Of a stretch of 64,000 nt of DNA, positions 17,559 to 25,918 are shown piece by piece (the first letter of the stretch is position 1; each line of letters opens with the position of its first letter). Below the pieces are notes generated by a model. The model searched no databases, was not told where the DNA came from, and saw nothing but the letters and a program-made list of their open reading frames with translations. The translations under genes were made by a program, and so were the position numbers. The stretch is taken from IMG/VR virus record IMGVR_UViG_3300021255_004000, positions 64,001 through 128,000 of that record; one strand, given 5' to 3'. This DNA comes from a virus (lineage: Duplodnaviria > Caudoviricetes).

Positions 17559-17631
17559 AGCCGCCTGAGGGATTTGAACCCACAACATCCGCATTACAGG
17601 TGCGGCGCTCTACCATTGGAGCTAAGGAGGC
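17559..17631 (-). tRNA. tRNA-Thr(TGT), C33 variant
   Basis: CCGCA-CCTGTAA-TGCGG. Confidence 0.88.
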
Positions 17632-17634
17632 ATA

Positions 17635-17706
17635 CAGTTCCGAAAGGAGTCGAACCTTCGTTCTCTGGATGAAAACCAGATGGCCTAGCCGTTAGCCGAC
17701 GGAACC
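17635..17706 (-). tRNA. tRNA-Glu(TTC)
   Basis: TCTGG-TTTTCAT-CCAGA. Confidence 0.88.
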
Positions 17707-17787
17707 AAAAACTGTGAACTACTTCTAAGACTGGACGGAAGTATAGCAGCTCGTTCAAAAGATATATTGACTTTCAAACTTTTGTCT

Positions 17788-17872
17788 CGTATCAGGCAGG
17801 GCTCGAACCTGCGATGGGCTTTCGCTCGGCAGATTAACAGTCTGCTGTCTTCGACCACTCGACCACTGATAC
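17788..17872 (-). tRNA. tRNA-Asn(GTT) with long variable arm
   Basis: GCAGA-CTGTTAA-TCTGC, G73. Confidence 0.85.
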
Positions 17873-17879
17873 ATATTTA

Positions 17880-18431
17880 TTATGTTAAAAAGATTTTTAC
17901 TTCTTCTATAAAGATTTTAGGATTATTGAAAATATCTTTCCAAGATTTTCTCAATTCTTTCCATCCTTCTTCATTCAGAAGTTTATCTTTCTGAACATCT
18001 CTTTCTTTTTGCTCTTGAAATCTTTCGTGTTGTTCACCATCAATTTCAACGCAAAGTTTTTTGTCAGGCCAAGCAAAGTCCAAAGAAAACCTATGAAAAG
18101 GAACTTCTCTGTAATAATCTTTATCAATTTCTTGACCAAATTCATTTCTCATCATTGTAATAAACCACTCCTCAGGATATGAAGGTTTATTATTCCAACG
18201 ACAATCTCCAATGTTATGAGCTCGACCTTCAGCGTGAGCTTTTTTCATCGAAGCAGAAATCTTTTGTCTAACATCATCCGACATTGTATGTCCGCAATGA
18301 TCCTTCAACTTCTGTCTTGTTTCTTCTGACAAAACAGGTTTTTCTTTTCCAAGAGCTTTAGCCTTAGTATATTGATTTGTACCGTGGCCTTTTCTTGCGT
18401 GCATTGCATCGTACCATTTTTGACTTTTCAT
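17880..18431 (-). CDS. free-standing homing endonuclease (NUMOD3 + DUF559/Vsr-like domain)
   Basis: SEETRQKL/SDDVRQKIS repeats; FSLDFAW..LCVEIDGEQH...RD..KD. Confidence 0.8.
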   Translation of the reverse strand: MKSQKWYDAMHARKGHGTNQYTKAKALGKEKPVLSEETRQKLKDHCGHTMSDDVRQKISASMKKAHAEGRAHNIGDCRWNNKPSYPEEWFITMMRNEFGQEIDKDYYREVPFHRFSLDFAWPDKKLCVEIDGEQHERFQEQKERDVQKDKLLNEEGWKELRKSWKDIFNNPKIFIEEVKIFLT

Positions 18432-18519
18432 ATCAATTAGTACGGTCCTCCGCTCTACATGTGTCCCTATCGTCGGAACCTATTGTCAACATCTTATCGT
18501 CGGTCCCTATTGTCGGTAG

Positions 18520-18593
18520 CGGGATATGCGAGCATCGAACTCGCGACCTCTAGCGTGACAGGCTAGCGTGGTAGCCAACTCCACCAATACCCC
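18520..18593 (-). tRNA. tRNA-Asp(GTC)
   Basis: CTAGC-CTGTCAC-GCTAG. Confidence 0.88.
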
Positions 18594-18807
18594 AAAATTG
18601 TAGGTATAAGAAACCTTTTGCAAGGAAAGGAATTACCCGTATGCCTTTTACCAGCCAACAACTTGTTCAGTAGTTCCATTTCTGTTATCTGACCAATAGT
18701 GTTTCTACTGGCTCTGACAAGTTATCAACCAAGGATTCGAACCTTCCACCGAACGATACCACGAGGTGGCAGCAACCAAGCTGTTATTTTATTCCGTTTA
18801 ACGTTCT

Positions 18808-18880
18808 TAGATCTTGCGGGGATCGAACCCACTCCTCCACCTTGAAAGGGTGGCGACTCAACCTTTTTGTCCTAAGATCC
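18808..18880 (-). tRNA. tRNA-Glu(TTC)
   Basis: CCACC-CTTTCAA-GGTGG. Confidence 0.88.
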
Positions 18881-18999
18881 ATATTTGAAGTTTCCTTCTT
18901 TTGTTGTAAACCTTTTGTATCGGTTTTACAGAAATAATATAAAAGAAGTTTTTTCAAAGTTCAAAAATTTTTATTTTTTTGCAATTTTTGTTATAAAAC

Positions 19000-19028
19000 A
19001 AAAAAGGCAAACCTTCATCGGTTTGCCT
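19000..19028 (-). terminator. attenuator A terminator
   Basis: AGGCAAACC-GATGAA-GGTTTGCCT followed by T tract; overlaps the antiterminator at 19023-19059. Confidence 0.8.
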
Positions 19029-19050
19029 CAGGGAAACATTTCTCAGTTCT

Positions 19051-19173
19051 CTAAGGCAACCTTGTATCTTCATTATAATCGTATTCATCTGTAGTGATAG
19101 CAGTTCTAACATCATTATTCAATAATGATCTTGTTGTGAGAACTTCTGCTGTCAATGAATACAATGAAGTCAT
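19051..19173 (-). CDS. leader peptide A (40 aa) MTSLYSLTAEVLTTRSLLNNDVRTAITTDEYDYNEDTRLP
   Basis: AAGGAAGG RBS; stop TAG lies in the antiterminator strand TTGCCTTAG. Confidence 0.78.
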   Translation of the reverse strand: MTSLYSLTAEVLTTRSLLNNDVRTAITTDEYDYNEDTRLP

Positions 19174-19267
19174 TTTTAATAGCCCTTCCTTAATATATTT
19201 CAATTAGTACAACCCTTAAAAATGTAAGAGTTGTAATTTGTTCCTCGTATATTTATATTAACAGATT

Positions 19268-19867
19268 TTAGTCTTCTGCTGTAGGAATTTCAATTCCAAA
19301 CAGTTTTGATAACTTATCTTTCCAATTAAGGAAATCATCGTTATGGCCGCCATCTGCATAATAAGTTACACCGTCATAAATCTTATCATAATTTGATAAG
19401 AAAGCTTTACAGAACTCTTCGTTCTCAGGATCGCCATCGCTGGCAGTATCATAAAGCTCGTCAATAAGTGTATCAAGCTTCTCAATGCAGTTTGCTGCTG
19501 CTTCATAGTTTGTCCAAACTCTTGAGAGAATTTGGAATAAACTTATCAACTTCATAAACTTATGCTTCAAAGCATCTGTTTTGATTACATCATACATATC
19601 AGAAAGTTCGCCGCCTACAATAACTGGGACGCCATTCAATCTTTCAAATGCGTGACATAATTCGTGTGCAACATATTTAGGCAAGTCCTCTTTGGAAACT
19701 TTTTTCCAAACAGAAATACTCTTTTCTGAAATGTTGTACTTTGCTTTCATTCCTGTGTAGTCAAAGTCGACAACATTTATAGAAACACTTGGACACGGAA
19801 TACCTGCATCCTCAAGCTTATCAAGCAAATTGTCTAAACACGCCTGTGCATCTTCTTGTTTAATCAT
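19268..19867 (-). CDS. HExxH metallopeptidase-like protein
   Basis: VAHELCHAFE. Confidence 0.65.
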   Translation of the reverse strand: MIKQEDAQACLDNLLDKLEDAGIPCPSVSINVVDFDYTGMKAKYNISEKSISVWKKVSKEDLPKYVAHELCHAFERLNGVPVIVGGELSDMYDVIKTDALKHKFMKLISLFQILSRVWTNYEAAANCIEKLDTLIDELYDTASDGDPENEEFCKAFLSNYDKIYDGVTYYADGGHNDDFLNWKDKLSKLFGIEIPTAED

Positions 19868-20035
19868 AAACGGTACTCCTAATATTTAGTTATAGGAGAA
19901 AGAGTTCTCGCCGGTTTTAATTTCTCAAACTACAGCCCCGCTACCTGCATTCGATTTTTGCAAGCCATACGAGTAGCATCACTGCTGCGAGGTTGATGGG
20001 ACTTTCACCCATAGTGACGTTTAACGAACTCCTAA

Positions 20036-20124
20036 TTCGGAAGGCGGGATTCGAACCTGCACGACGCTGATATGCGTCACCAGAATCAAAGTCTGGGGAG
20101 ATACCAATTACTCTTTACTTCCGA
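20036..20124 (-). tRNA. tRNA-Gln(TTG) with long variable arm
   Basis: CCAGA-CTTTGAT-TCTGG; GACGC-ATATCA-GCGTC arm. Confidence 0.7.
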
Positions 20125-20130
20125 GTAAAA

Positions 20131-20700
20131 TAGTTTTCTCACTCTTGTTTGCAACGCGACGCAAGATTCCAATAGGTGGACATATCCGATATTCCTATTA
20201 TACGGAAGGCCCTTAAGCGCATCTACTGCCGCGAGAAAACTATAGGTGAACCAAGGACTTGAACCTTGCCGTTACTCCAGCCTTGCGAGCTTCACGGATC
20301 CAACAGTGTCCACCATCATTATAAGTGCAGTCGGGAATTGAACCCGCTCTCAGCTGGCGTGATCCGCGTGGGACGAAGCCGTGCCTTTTTCCTTCATCGC
20401 ACTTAACAAGCCTTACGGATTGCTCCTGCTTGTAATGGAGTCTTAGAGGTTTGACTGCCAACCTTTAGAACATAGAGGATTCGAACCTCAGTTTCTGAGC
20501 ATACTACACTCAGCGTTCTAGACCCTGCCCTACTTTGCTGTGCACTGCTTTTTCGAGCTTTCGAACTAATGTTCTCCTTTGACGGTATCAACTTCATCCT
20601 GCGTCGTCATATACAGGCCTTTACCATCCGGTGCTTCCAGCGGTTGAGTATAACTCCTCATATTTCCCGTTCTCTGTGTAGCCATCTACGTTGAAGTTGT
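20131..20700 (-). ncRNA. run of tRNA-like and closed-stem RNAs (20131-20242, 20244-20314, 20324-20403, 20467-20574)
   Basis: three units have an acceptor stem and a TTCRA T arm but non-canonical D/anticodon regions; 20131-20242 is a closed stem. Confidence 0.5.
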
Positions 20701-20706
20701 CAAATA

Positions 20707-20779
20707 TAGTTCCTACGGGGCTTGAACCCATTTTTCGAGCTTGAGAGGCTCGCGAATTAGCCAGTTATTCGAAGGAACC
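20707..20779 (-). tRNA. tRNA-Glu(CTC)
   Basis: CGAGC-CTCTCAA-GCTCG. Confidence 0.85.
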
Positions 20780-20784
20780 AAAAA

Positions 20785-21015
20785 TTACATCTCAGGAATA
20801 AGCGTGCCATCTTTTAACCAAGCTTTTGGAGTAAAGTTTGGCATAGGCTGTAATGTTTCAAAAGACCACCAAGCATTATCATTTTTATCCCAAAGACCAT
20901 AACCAATGCCTTTTGAACCATCACTGTTAAAACCTACAAGAAGAACGACACCTTGATCTTTCCCTGCTTCCAAGTCAAAATTCCAAGTTGCTTCAACTGT
21001 TACTGTCTTTGCCAT
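20785..21015 (-). CDS. hypothetical protein
   Basis: AGGAGG RBS; downstream of early promoter 21048-21076. Confidence 0.65.
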   Translation of the reverse strand: MAKTVTVEATWNFDLEAGKDQGVVLLVGFNSDGSKGIGYGLWDKNDNAWWSFETLQPMPNFTPKAWLKDGTLIPEM

Positions 21016-21149
21016 ACTCGCCTCCTTGTTTGCGTTTTGACAATAATAATATAAAAGAATGTTTGAAAAAGTTCAAAAATTCTTAAATATTTTTCAAAAA
21101 AAAATACCTGCAGCAACAGCCACAGGTATTATATTAACACTTTAGGCTA

Positions 21150-22337
21150 TTACTGTTGAACCTGCTGTTGAGCTTGCTCCAAAGCTAAGTTTGGATTTTC
21201 CTGAGCAACCTGAATTGCCTGAGCAACAACATCAGGATTGATATTTGCACCAAGCTGATTTCCATATCTTTTATAGAAATTAAGAGCTGCACCAACATTC
21301 TTACAGCGAATTGCTGCTGCTGCGAGAATCATATTCTCGACTCCATTATGATTTTGGAAGAACTGTGGAAGATCATTTCGAAGTCCCTGCTCGCCCTGTG
21401 CATTTGCCTGACCTAAGAACTTGGAAATATAATTTACCAATTCTTTAGCTCCTGCATCAGTACCATCAAAATTGTTAAGTTGCTTTACGATTGCATTTGC
21501 AGTCATATTAGCAGAAGCTTCGTTCATTTGAATAAGACTTTCAAAGAAGTTGGTTTTCTCATCTTTAGCAGGTTTAGCAGCTTCAAGGATTTCATTAAAC
21601 AAACTTTCTTTGAAGCCAAGCTTCTGAAGAATTGAAGATTTTGCTTGTGGCTGCGCAGCAGTTGGCATTACAGTTCCAGTGTTGTTATCAACAACCTGAG
21701 CATTCTTGTTCATTGACATATCAGGCTTTTCAGGAGACCAATCCTGCATTGCTGCTTTTTCTTTTGCTGGAGCAGCAGCGTAAGCTTTCTGAAACTTGTC
21801 AACACGAGCAGCTGCGGCAGGAGACATTGAGTTCTTTGCTGCAACTGGGTTAGCCCAAGCAGTTTTATCAGGTCCCATAGGAACGCCTACATAAACACCT
21901 GTTTTATCAACTTCTGCCTGTCCTCTTCCGTTAGGCCCTGGTGTTATATCACGAATGCCTTTGTTAGCAAGATCACCAGCAAGAGCGCGGCCTGATGCTT
22001 CGCCGTTTGCATACTGCATTGTTCCGCCAATCTGTGCTTCACGAATGTTTACTGACCAGTTCTTTTCGATTTTTGGAAGTATTCCTCTTACCCATCTCAT
22101 CAAACTGTTAAACTGTTCAGGATTTTCTGTTGGATGTTCTTCATCAATCTTTCCTGCGATGTATTCAACAATTCCTATATCTGGGTCATTTACGCCTGCG
22201 TCAACATCTTCGCAATATCTGCCATACCAAAAGTCAACATCAGCTTCAAGACCATCATAAGAATCAAAAAAGTTTCCTTCGCGGAAAGTATCATATGCAT
22301 ATCCTCTGTTAAGGAGGTCCTCAATCATCTTTTCCAT
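21150..22337 (-). CDS. hypothetical protein (possible virion protein)
   Basis: 395-aa ORF preceded by the TACTAAT motif. Confidence 0.7.
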   Translation of the reverse strand: MEKMIEDLLNRGYAYDTFREGNFFDSYDGLEADVDFWYGRYCEDVDAGVNDPDIGIVEYIAGKIDEEHPTENPEQFNSLMRWVRGILPKIEKNWSVNIREAQIGGTMQYANGEASGRALAGDLANKGIRDITPGPNGRGQAEVDKTGVYVGVPMGPDKTAWANPVAAKNSMSPAAAARVDKFQKAYAAAPAKEKAAMQDWSPEKPDMSMNKNAQVVDNNTGTVMPTAAQPQAKSSILQKLGFKESLFNEILEAAKPAKDEKTNFFESLIQMNEASANMTANAIVKQLNNFDGTDAGAKELVNYISKFLGQANAQGEQGLRNDLPQFFQNHNGVENMILAAAAIRCKNVGAALNFYKRYGNQLGANINPDVVAQAIQVAQENPNLALEQAQQQVQQ

Positions 22338-22389
22338 TAAAATGTCCTCTTATAAATTAGTAAAGGCGAGCAAAAAGCCCGCCTTATAT

Positions 22390-22938
22390 TTATTTTATAA
22401 GTTTGTCAAAATAATACAGTTTCCACGGAACAAGAACGATTCGCCCATCTTTACTGTGATATGGTGTATGATAATGGCCCGTTATGTAACGATGTTTGTG
22501 ATGACTTTCAATATACTTGCGTATCTTTACAGTTTTATATGCATCAGGCTCTGCCTTTCGTATTTTTGGCTTAAAATGATTTATTGTTTTATTGAACCAA
22601 TCAGGCGTTTTATGTCCGTGTTCAAGCAGCCAAGTTTTATCCTTTACAAGGATTTTAACACCATCATAATCAGAAATGTTTGGGTCATTGTTTCCTTTAA
22701 CATAAACAGCGTTTCTTTTTGCAAGTTGTTTCATCAAAGACGCGTGGTGCAAATAAAGATCTTCTCTTTTGTAATGTGGTTGAATAAAGTCACCAAGAAT
22801 GATCACTCCATATTCTTTAGGAGCTTCTTTCAGTTCATCAATAAGTTTTTGTTCTTCAGGCCAACAGTGCATACTGCTTAAATGCAAGTCTGCAACAATC
22901 AACCATTTTGTACTGTCTGTCCAAAAGTAATGTTTCAC
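22390..22938 (-). CDS. calcineurin-like metallophosphoesterase
   Basis: ADLH, LGD, GNND, EHGH, GHYH. Confidence 0.85.
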   Translation of the reverse strand: MKHYFWTDSTKWLIVADLHLSSMHCWPEEQKLIDELKEAPKEYGVIILGDFIQPHYKREDLYLHHASLMKQLAKRNAVYVKGNNDPNISDYDGVKILVKDKTWLLEHGHKTPDWFNKTINHFKPKIRKAEPDAYKTVKIRKYIESHHKHRYITGHYHTPYHSKDGRIVLVPWKLYYFDKLIK

Positions 22939-23405
22939 TTTAATACATATCCTTCGTCTGTGTTATAAACTCTGATAACATCAACGCCTTTGTCAAGAAG
23001 ATACTGACCTAAAGCGCTTGCATTATCTTGCCATAATCTGCGTTTTTGTTTGATATTTGTATCGTCTTCTCTGCCGCGCTTTTTGAAGTCAACATACTGT
23101 CTCTTATCGTGCATCCACATAACAGAAACATCATAGTTGTTCAATCGTTTCAAAACTGCTTCTGCTTGTTCAACATCCTTAAAAGCATTATCAAGAATTA
23201 CGGTGTTCTCAAAATGTTCAACTTCAAGAAGATGGTTAATCGTATTGGCAAGTACTTCAGGACTAACACGAACACCATCAAACTTCTGCTGTCGAAAATA
23301 ATCTCCTAAGTGAATGACACTACAAGGAAACATTCTTTTCAAATGATGTTCAATAAAATGCGACTTGCCGCTATAACATTGTCCCACAAGACAGATAATT
23401 TTCAC
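22935..23405 (-). CDS. P-loop nucleotide/polynucleotide kinase-like protein
   Basis: GQCYSGKS; VILDN; RGREDD lid-like motif. Confidence 0.7.
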   Translation of the reverse strand: MKIICLVGQCYSGKSHFIEHHLKRMFPCSVIHLGDYFRQQKFDGVRVSPEVLANTINHLLEVEHFENTVILDNAFKDVEQAEAVLKRLNNYDVSVMWMHDKRQYVDFKKRGREDDTNIKQKRRLWQDNASALGQYLLDKGVDVIRVYNTDEGYVLK

Positions 23406-23821
23406 GATACTCGACTCTCCATTTCAAATTGTTCTCTTTGTTTGAAGATTGGCATTTCAAAGAATCGCTCAACATATTGTACTGCTGACTGCAAAGTATA
23501 ATAATAGTTTGTAATTTCAGACTTATCTTCGCTGCCATCACCTTTTGTAATTTTTACTTGCCACTGTACAAGCTTAGGTTTGTCTGTCGGCTCAACAAAA
23601 GCAACAAAGTCAAGGCCTGTGTAAATTAAGCAATTTTCTTTAATATGCCAATGATCATTCATTTTCCATCGTCCTCGCAAATTGATTGCTCAAGCTTGAT
23701 AGCAATTACATCTTTGCTATCACAAACATCACTAATATGATAATCATTACCATAGCGATCACGAATAACCACCTCCGCATTAGGATGTTTTGAAACAATC
23801 GTCCCAAGCTTAATTAACAAC

Positions 23822-24412
23822 TCATTTGCATTCATTCTTGTGTTCCTCATATTTGTCAGGACCAGTGTAAGCTTCGAGCATCTTTTCTGTAACAATTTTG
23901 TGTTCTTTGTAAAGGAAATTGAACCAAGATGATGTTGTACTTGGAATAAGTTTTCCTTCAACCTTAAACCAATAAGGCCAATCGGTACCTTTTAATACCA
24001 GCGGCTTCTGTTCTGTTTCAACTGCTTTTTTAATCTTTTTCAAATCTTCAGGCGATACATAATAGTCACCGTGATAAATATGATAGTACTTTACATCCAA
24101 GACGCCAATAAAGTTTTGATAACTTTCTTTGAGCGGAACAAATCCCAAAGCATCAAGTTCACTTTTCAAATAGTATTCATAATTTGAATTGTAGCCTCTT
24201 AGTATGAAGCGTTTCTCTTTCTTGTCCCAATTGTGGGATTCTGTTTCTTCATAATATTCTTCAAGACCTGGGATGTTATGATTCCAAAGTTGAACAAACT
24301 TTTCTTTGAGTTCTTTGTTTGCTTCTGTTTCTTTTTCATACTCGCCGTAAAGGTCGTGACCTTGCATTTTTCTGATTACAAAAGTATCATAATCTTTCTT
24401 CTTTCCAAACAT
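23822..24412 (-). CDS. hypothetical protein
   Basis: AAGGAG RBS, 196 aa. Confidence 0.6.
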   Translation of the reverse strand: MFGKKKDYDTFVIRKMQGHDLYGEYEKETEANKELKEKFVQLWNHNIPGLEEYYEETESHNWDKKEKRFILRGYNSNYEYYLKSELDALGFVPLKESYQNFIGVLDVKYYHIYHGDYYVSPEDLKKIKKAVETEQKPLVLKGTDWPYWFKVEGKLIPSTTSSWFNFLYKEHKIVTEKMLEAYTGPDKYEEHKNECK

Positions 24413-24889
24413 ATTGACTCCTTTAGTCTATATTAACTTTGCGGTCATATTTCATACCCCATTTTATAACTTTTTTGCAATTCTTCCAATAAAGACTTGT
24501 ACAAGAAAATGTAACACAATCTTTTGGAAGTTGTGATTCACTGTCAGTGTAAATCGGATTGAAAGCAACAACAACGCCCATATATTTCATTGTCTTGTGA
24601 AAATGATACACAGGTCTTTTTGAAAAGAAACATTGAAGTGTTTCGTGGCATTTTGTGTTGCCTATCCAATAAACAACTTCAACAGTTTCCCAAGCAGCTT
24701 TCTTGTCGTACTTAGTCATTTGTCACCTCAATTCCCAAATGTTTTAACATCAAGCGGCAGCCCCAAGAAAATGTTTTGAAACGAGATGGATCCATCTGAT
24801 GTTCTTTTTGATAATCTTTTTCCCATTTCTCACCTTCTCCTGTCCAAAGGTCACAGACAAGATTTTGAAAATCTGCAACATTCATTTTC

Positions 24890-25918
24890 TCAGGCATTCT
24901 TTTTCTCCTTAAGTAATGGACATTTGTCACCACATACATTGCAAGTTTCCTGAATATCCATTGCCCCGAAAAGATTTATGTGAGCAGAACATTGTGTTCT
25001 TTGTTTTTCTTTCTTTGCGATAATCGGATCTTCTTCCTCGTGAGCTTCCCACCAATCATTTGCAATTCCATTCACAAGTTTTGCAACTCGCCATTTCTGA
25101 CACTCATCTTCAACATCTTCAACGGTTGGCATCTTGATATGTTCACTGCGGGAAAGCATACACTCTGTTGAAATATCAAAACCTTCTTTCAGTGCAAGTG
25201 TGTAACCAATGATTGCGTTCAATTCATCATAACCATTTACAGCATCAGTAAGCAGAGGACCCATTGCACAAATGCGTCTTGTTCCTAAAATGTATTTGTA
25301 AATTGGAAACTCAGAAATTGGGACATGCCCGAATGCTTCGATTTGATAGTCAAGAATTGTTGCATCACTGAACTTATCATAAAAGTCGCAAGCAACTCTC
25401 AATTCATCGATTGTAAGTTTATTTGCTTTTTCACAAGCGCCCGGGCGAAGAGATGTACCCAAAAAGATTGTGTGTACGCCGCAGTCATATGCATAAAGAA
25501 CAAGTTCACTGAAGTTTTTGTAAAATGGATTTTCCCACTGATCATCTTTTTCAATTTGTTCACGAAGGAACTGACCACCGCGGGAATTGATAACATATCC
25601 GCTTCTTTCTGCTTCACGAATAAGATAAGCAGGTGTAATATGAAAAGTCATTGCTTTTACACCATAAGACGCCTGCCGTTTGATTGTATCTTTGATGTCT
25701 TCTTCAAAAAGAATACTTTCATAAATCGGCGCAGAACAAAGAATGACATTTTTGCCAACTTTGTCCCGAACGGATTCCCAAAGAGCTTTCACTCTTGGTT
25801 TGTCAACTGAAATAACACTGACATAATCGATGTTGTACTTGGAAGCGAGCTCGAGTTTTTTCAACTCATCTGTAAATGATTGCTCGGGATATGACAACCC
25901 AATGTTTAATTTAAGCAT
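24890..25918 (-). CDS. divergent ThiC/BzaF-family radical-SAM enzyme
   Basis: MTFH, SRGG, ENPFY, LRPG, E.FGHVP, GPLLTD..GYD, EH..MPT.EDV and C-terminal CNVCGDKC match ThiC motifs in order. Confidence 0.8.
   Translation of the reverse strand: MLKLNIGLSYPEQSFTDELKKLELASKYNIDYVSVISVDKPRVKALWESVRDKVGKNVILCSAPIYESILFEEDIKDTIKRQASYGVKAMTFHITPAYLIREAERSGYVINSRGGQFLREQIEKDDQWENPFYKNFSELVLYAYDCGVHTIFLGTSLRPGACEKANKLTIDELRVACDFYDKFSDATILDYQIEAFGHVPISEFPIYKYILGTRRICAMGPLLTDAVNGYDELNAIIGYTLALKEGFDISTECMLSRSEHIKMPTVEDVEDECQKWRVAKLVNGIANDWWEAHEEEDPIIAKKEKQRTQCSAHINLFGAMDIQETCNVCGDKCPLLKEKKNA

Noticed and set aside
18464-18517. Possible mini CRISPR array
   Set aside because: Repeats are ~11 nt with no spacers, and no cas genes are in the window.
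19899-20031. RNase P RNA or group II intron suggested by GGGTGAAAGTCCC
   Set aside because: The element is only ~130 nt and lacks the P4 partner sequence or a domain V.
11192-20597. Many 60-135-aa ORFs in the supplied track across the tRNA array (e.g. 11210-11410, 12484-12696, 13951-14250, 16896-17267, 20240-20461)
   Set aside because: They overlap tRNA or structured RNA genes, lack an RBS and read as shadow frames.
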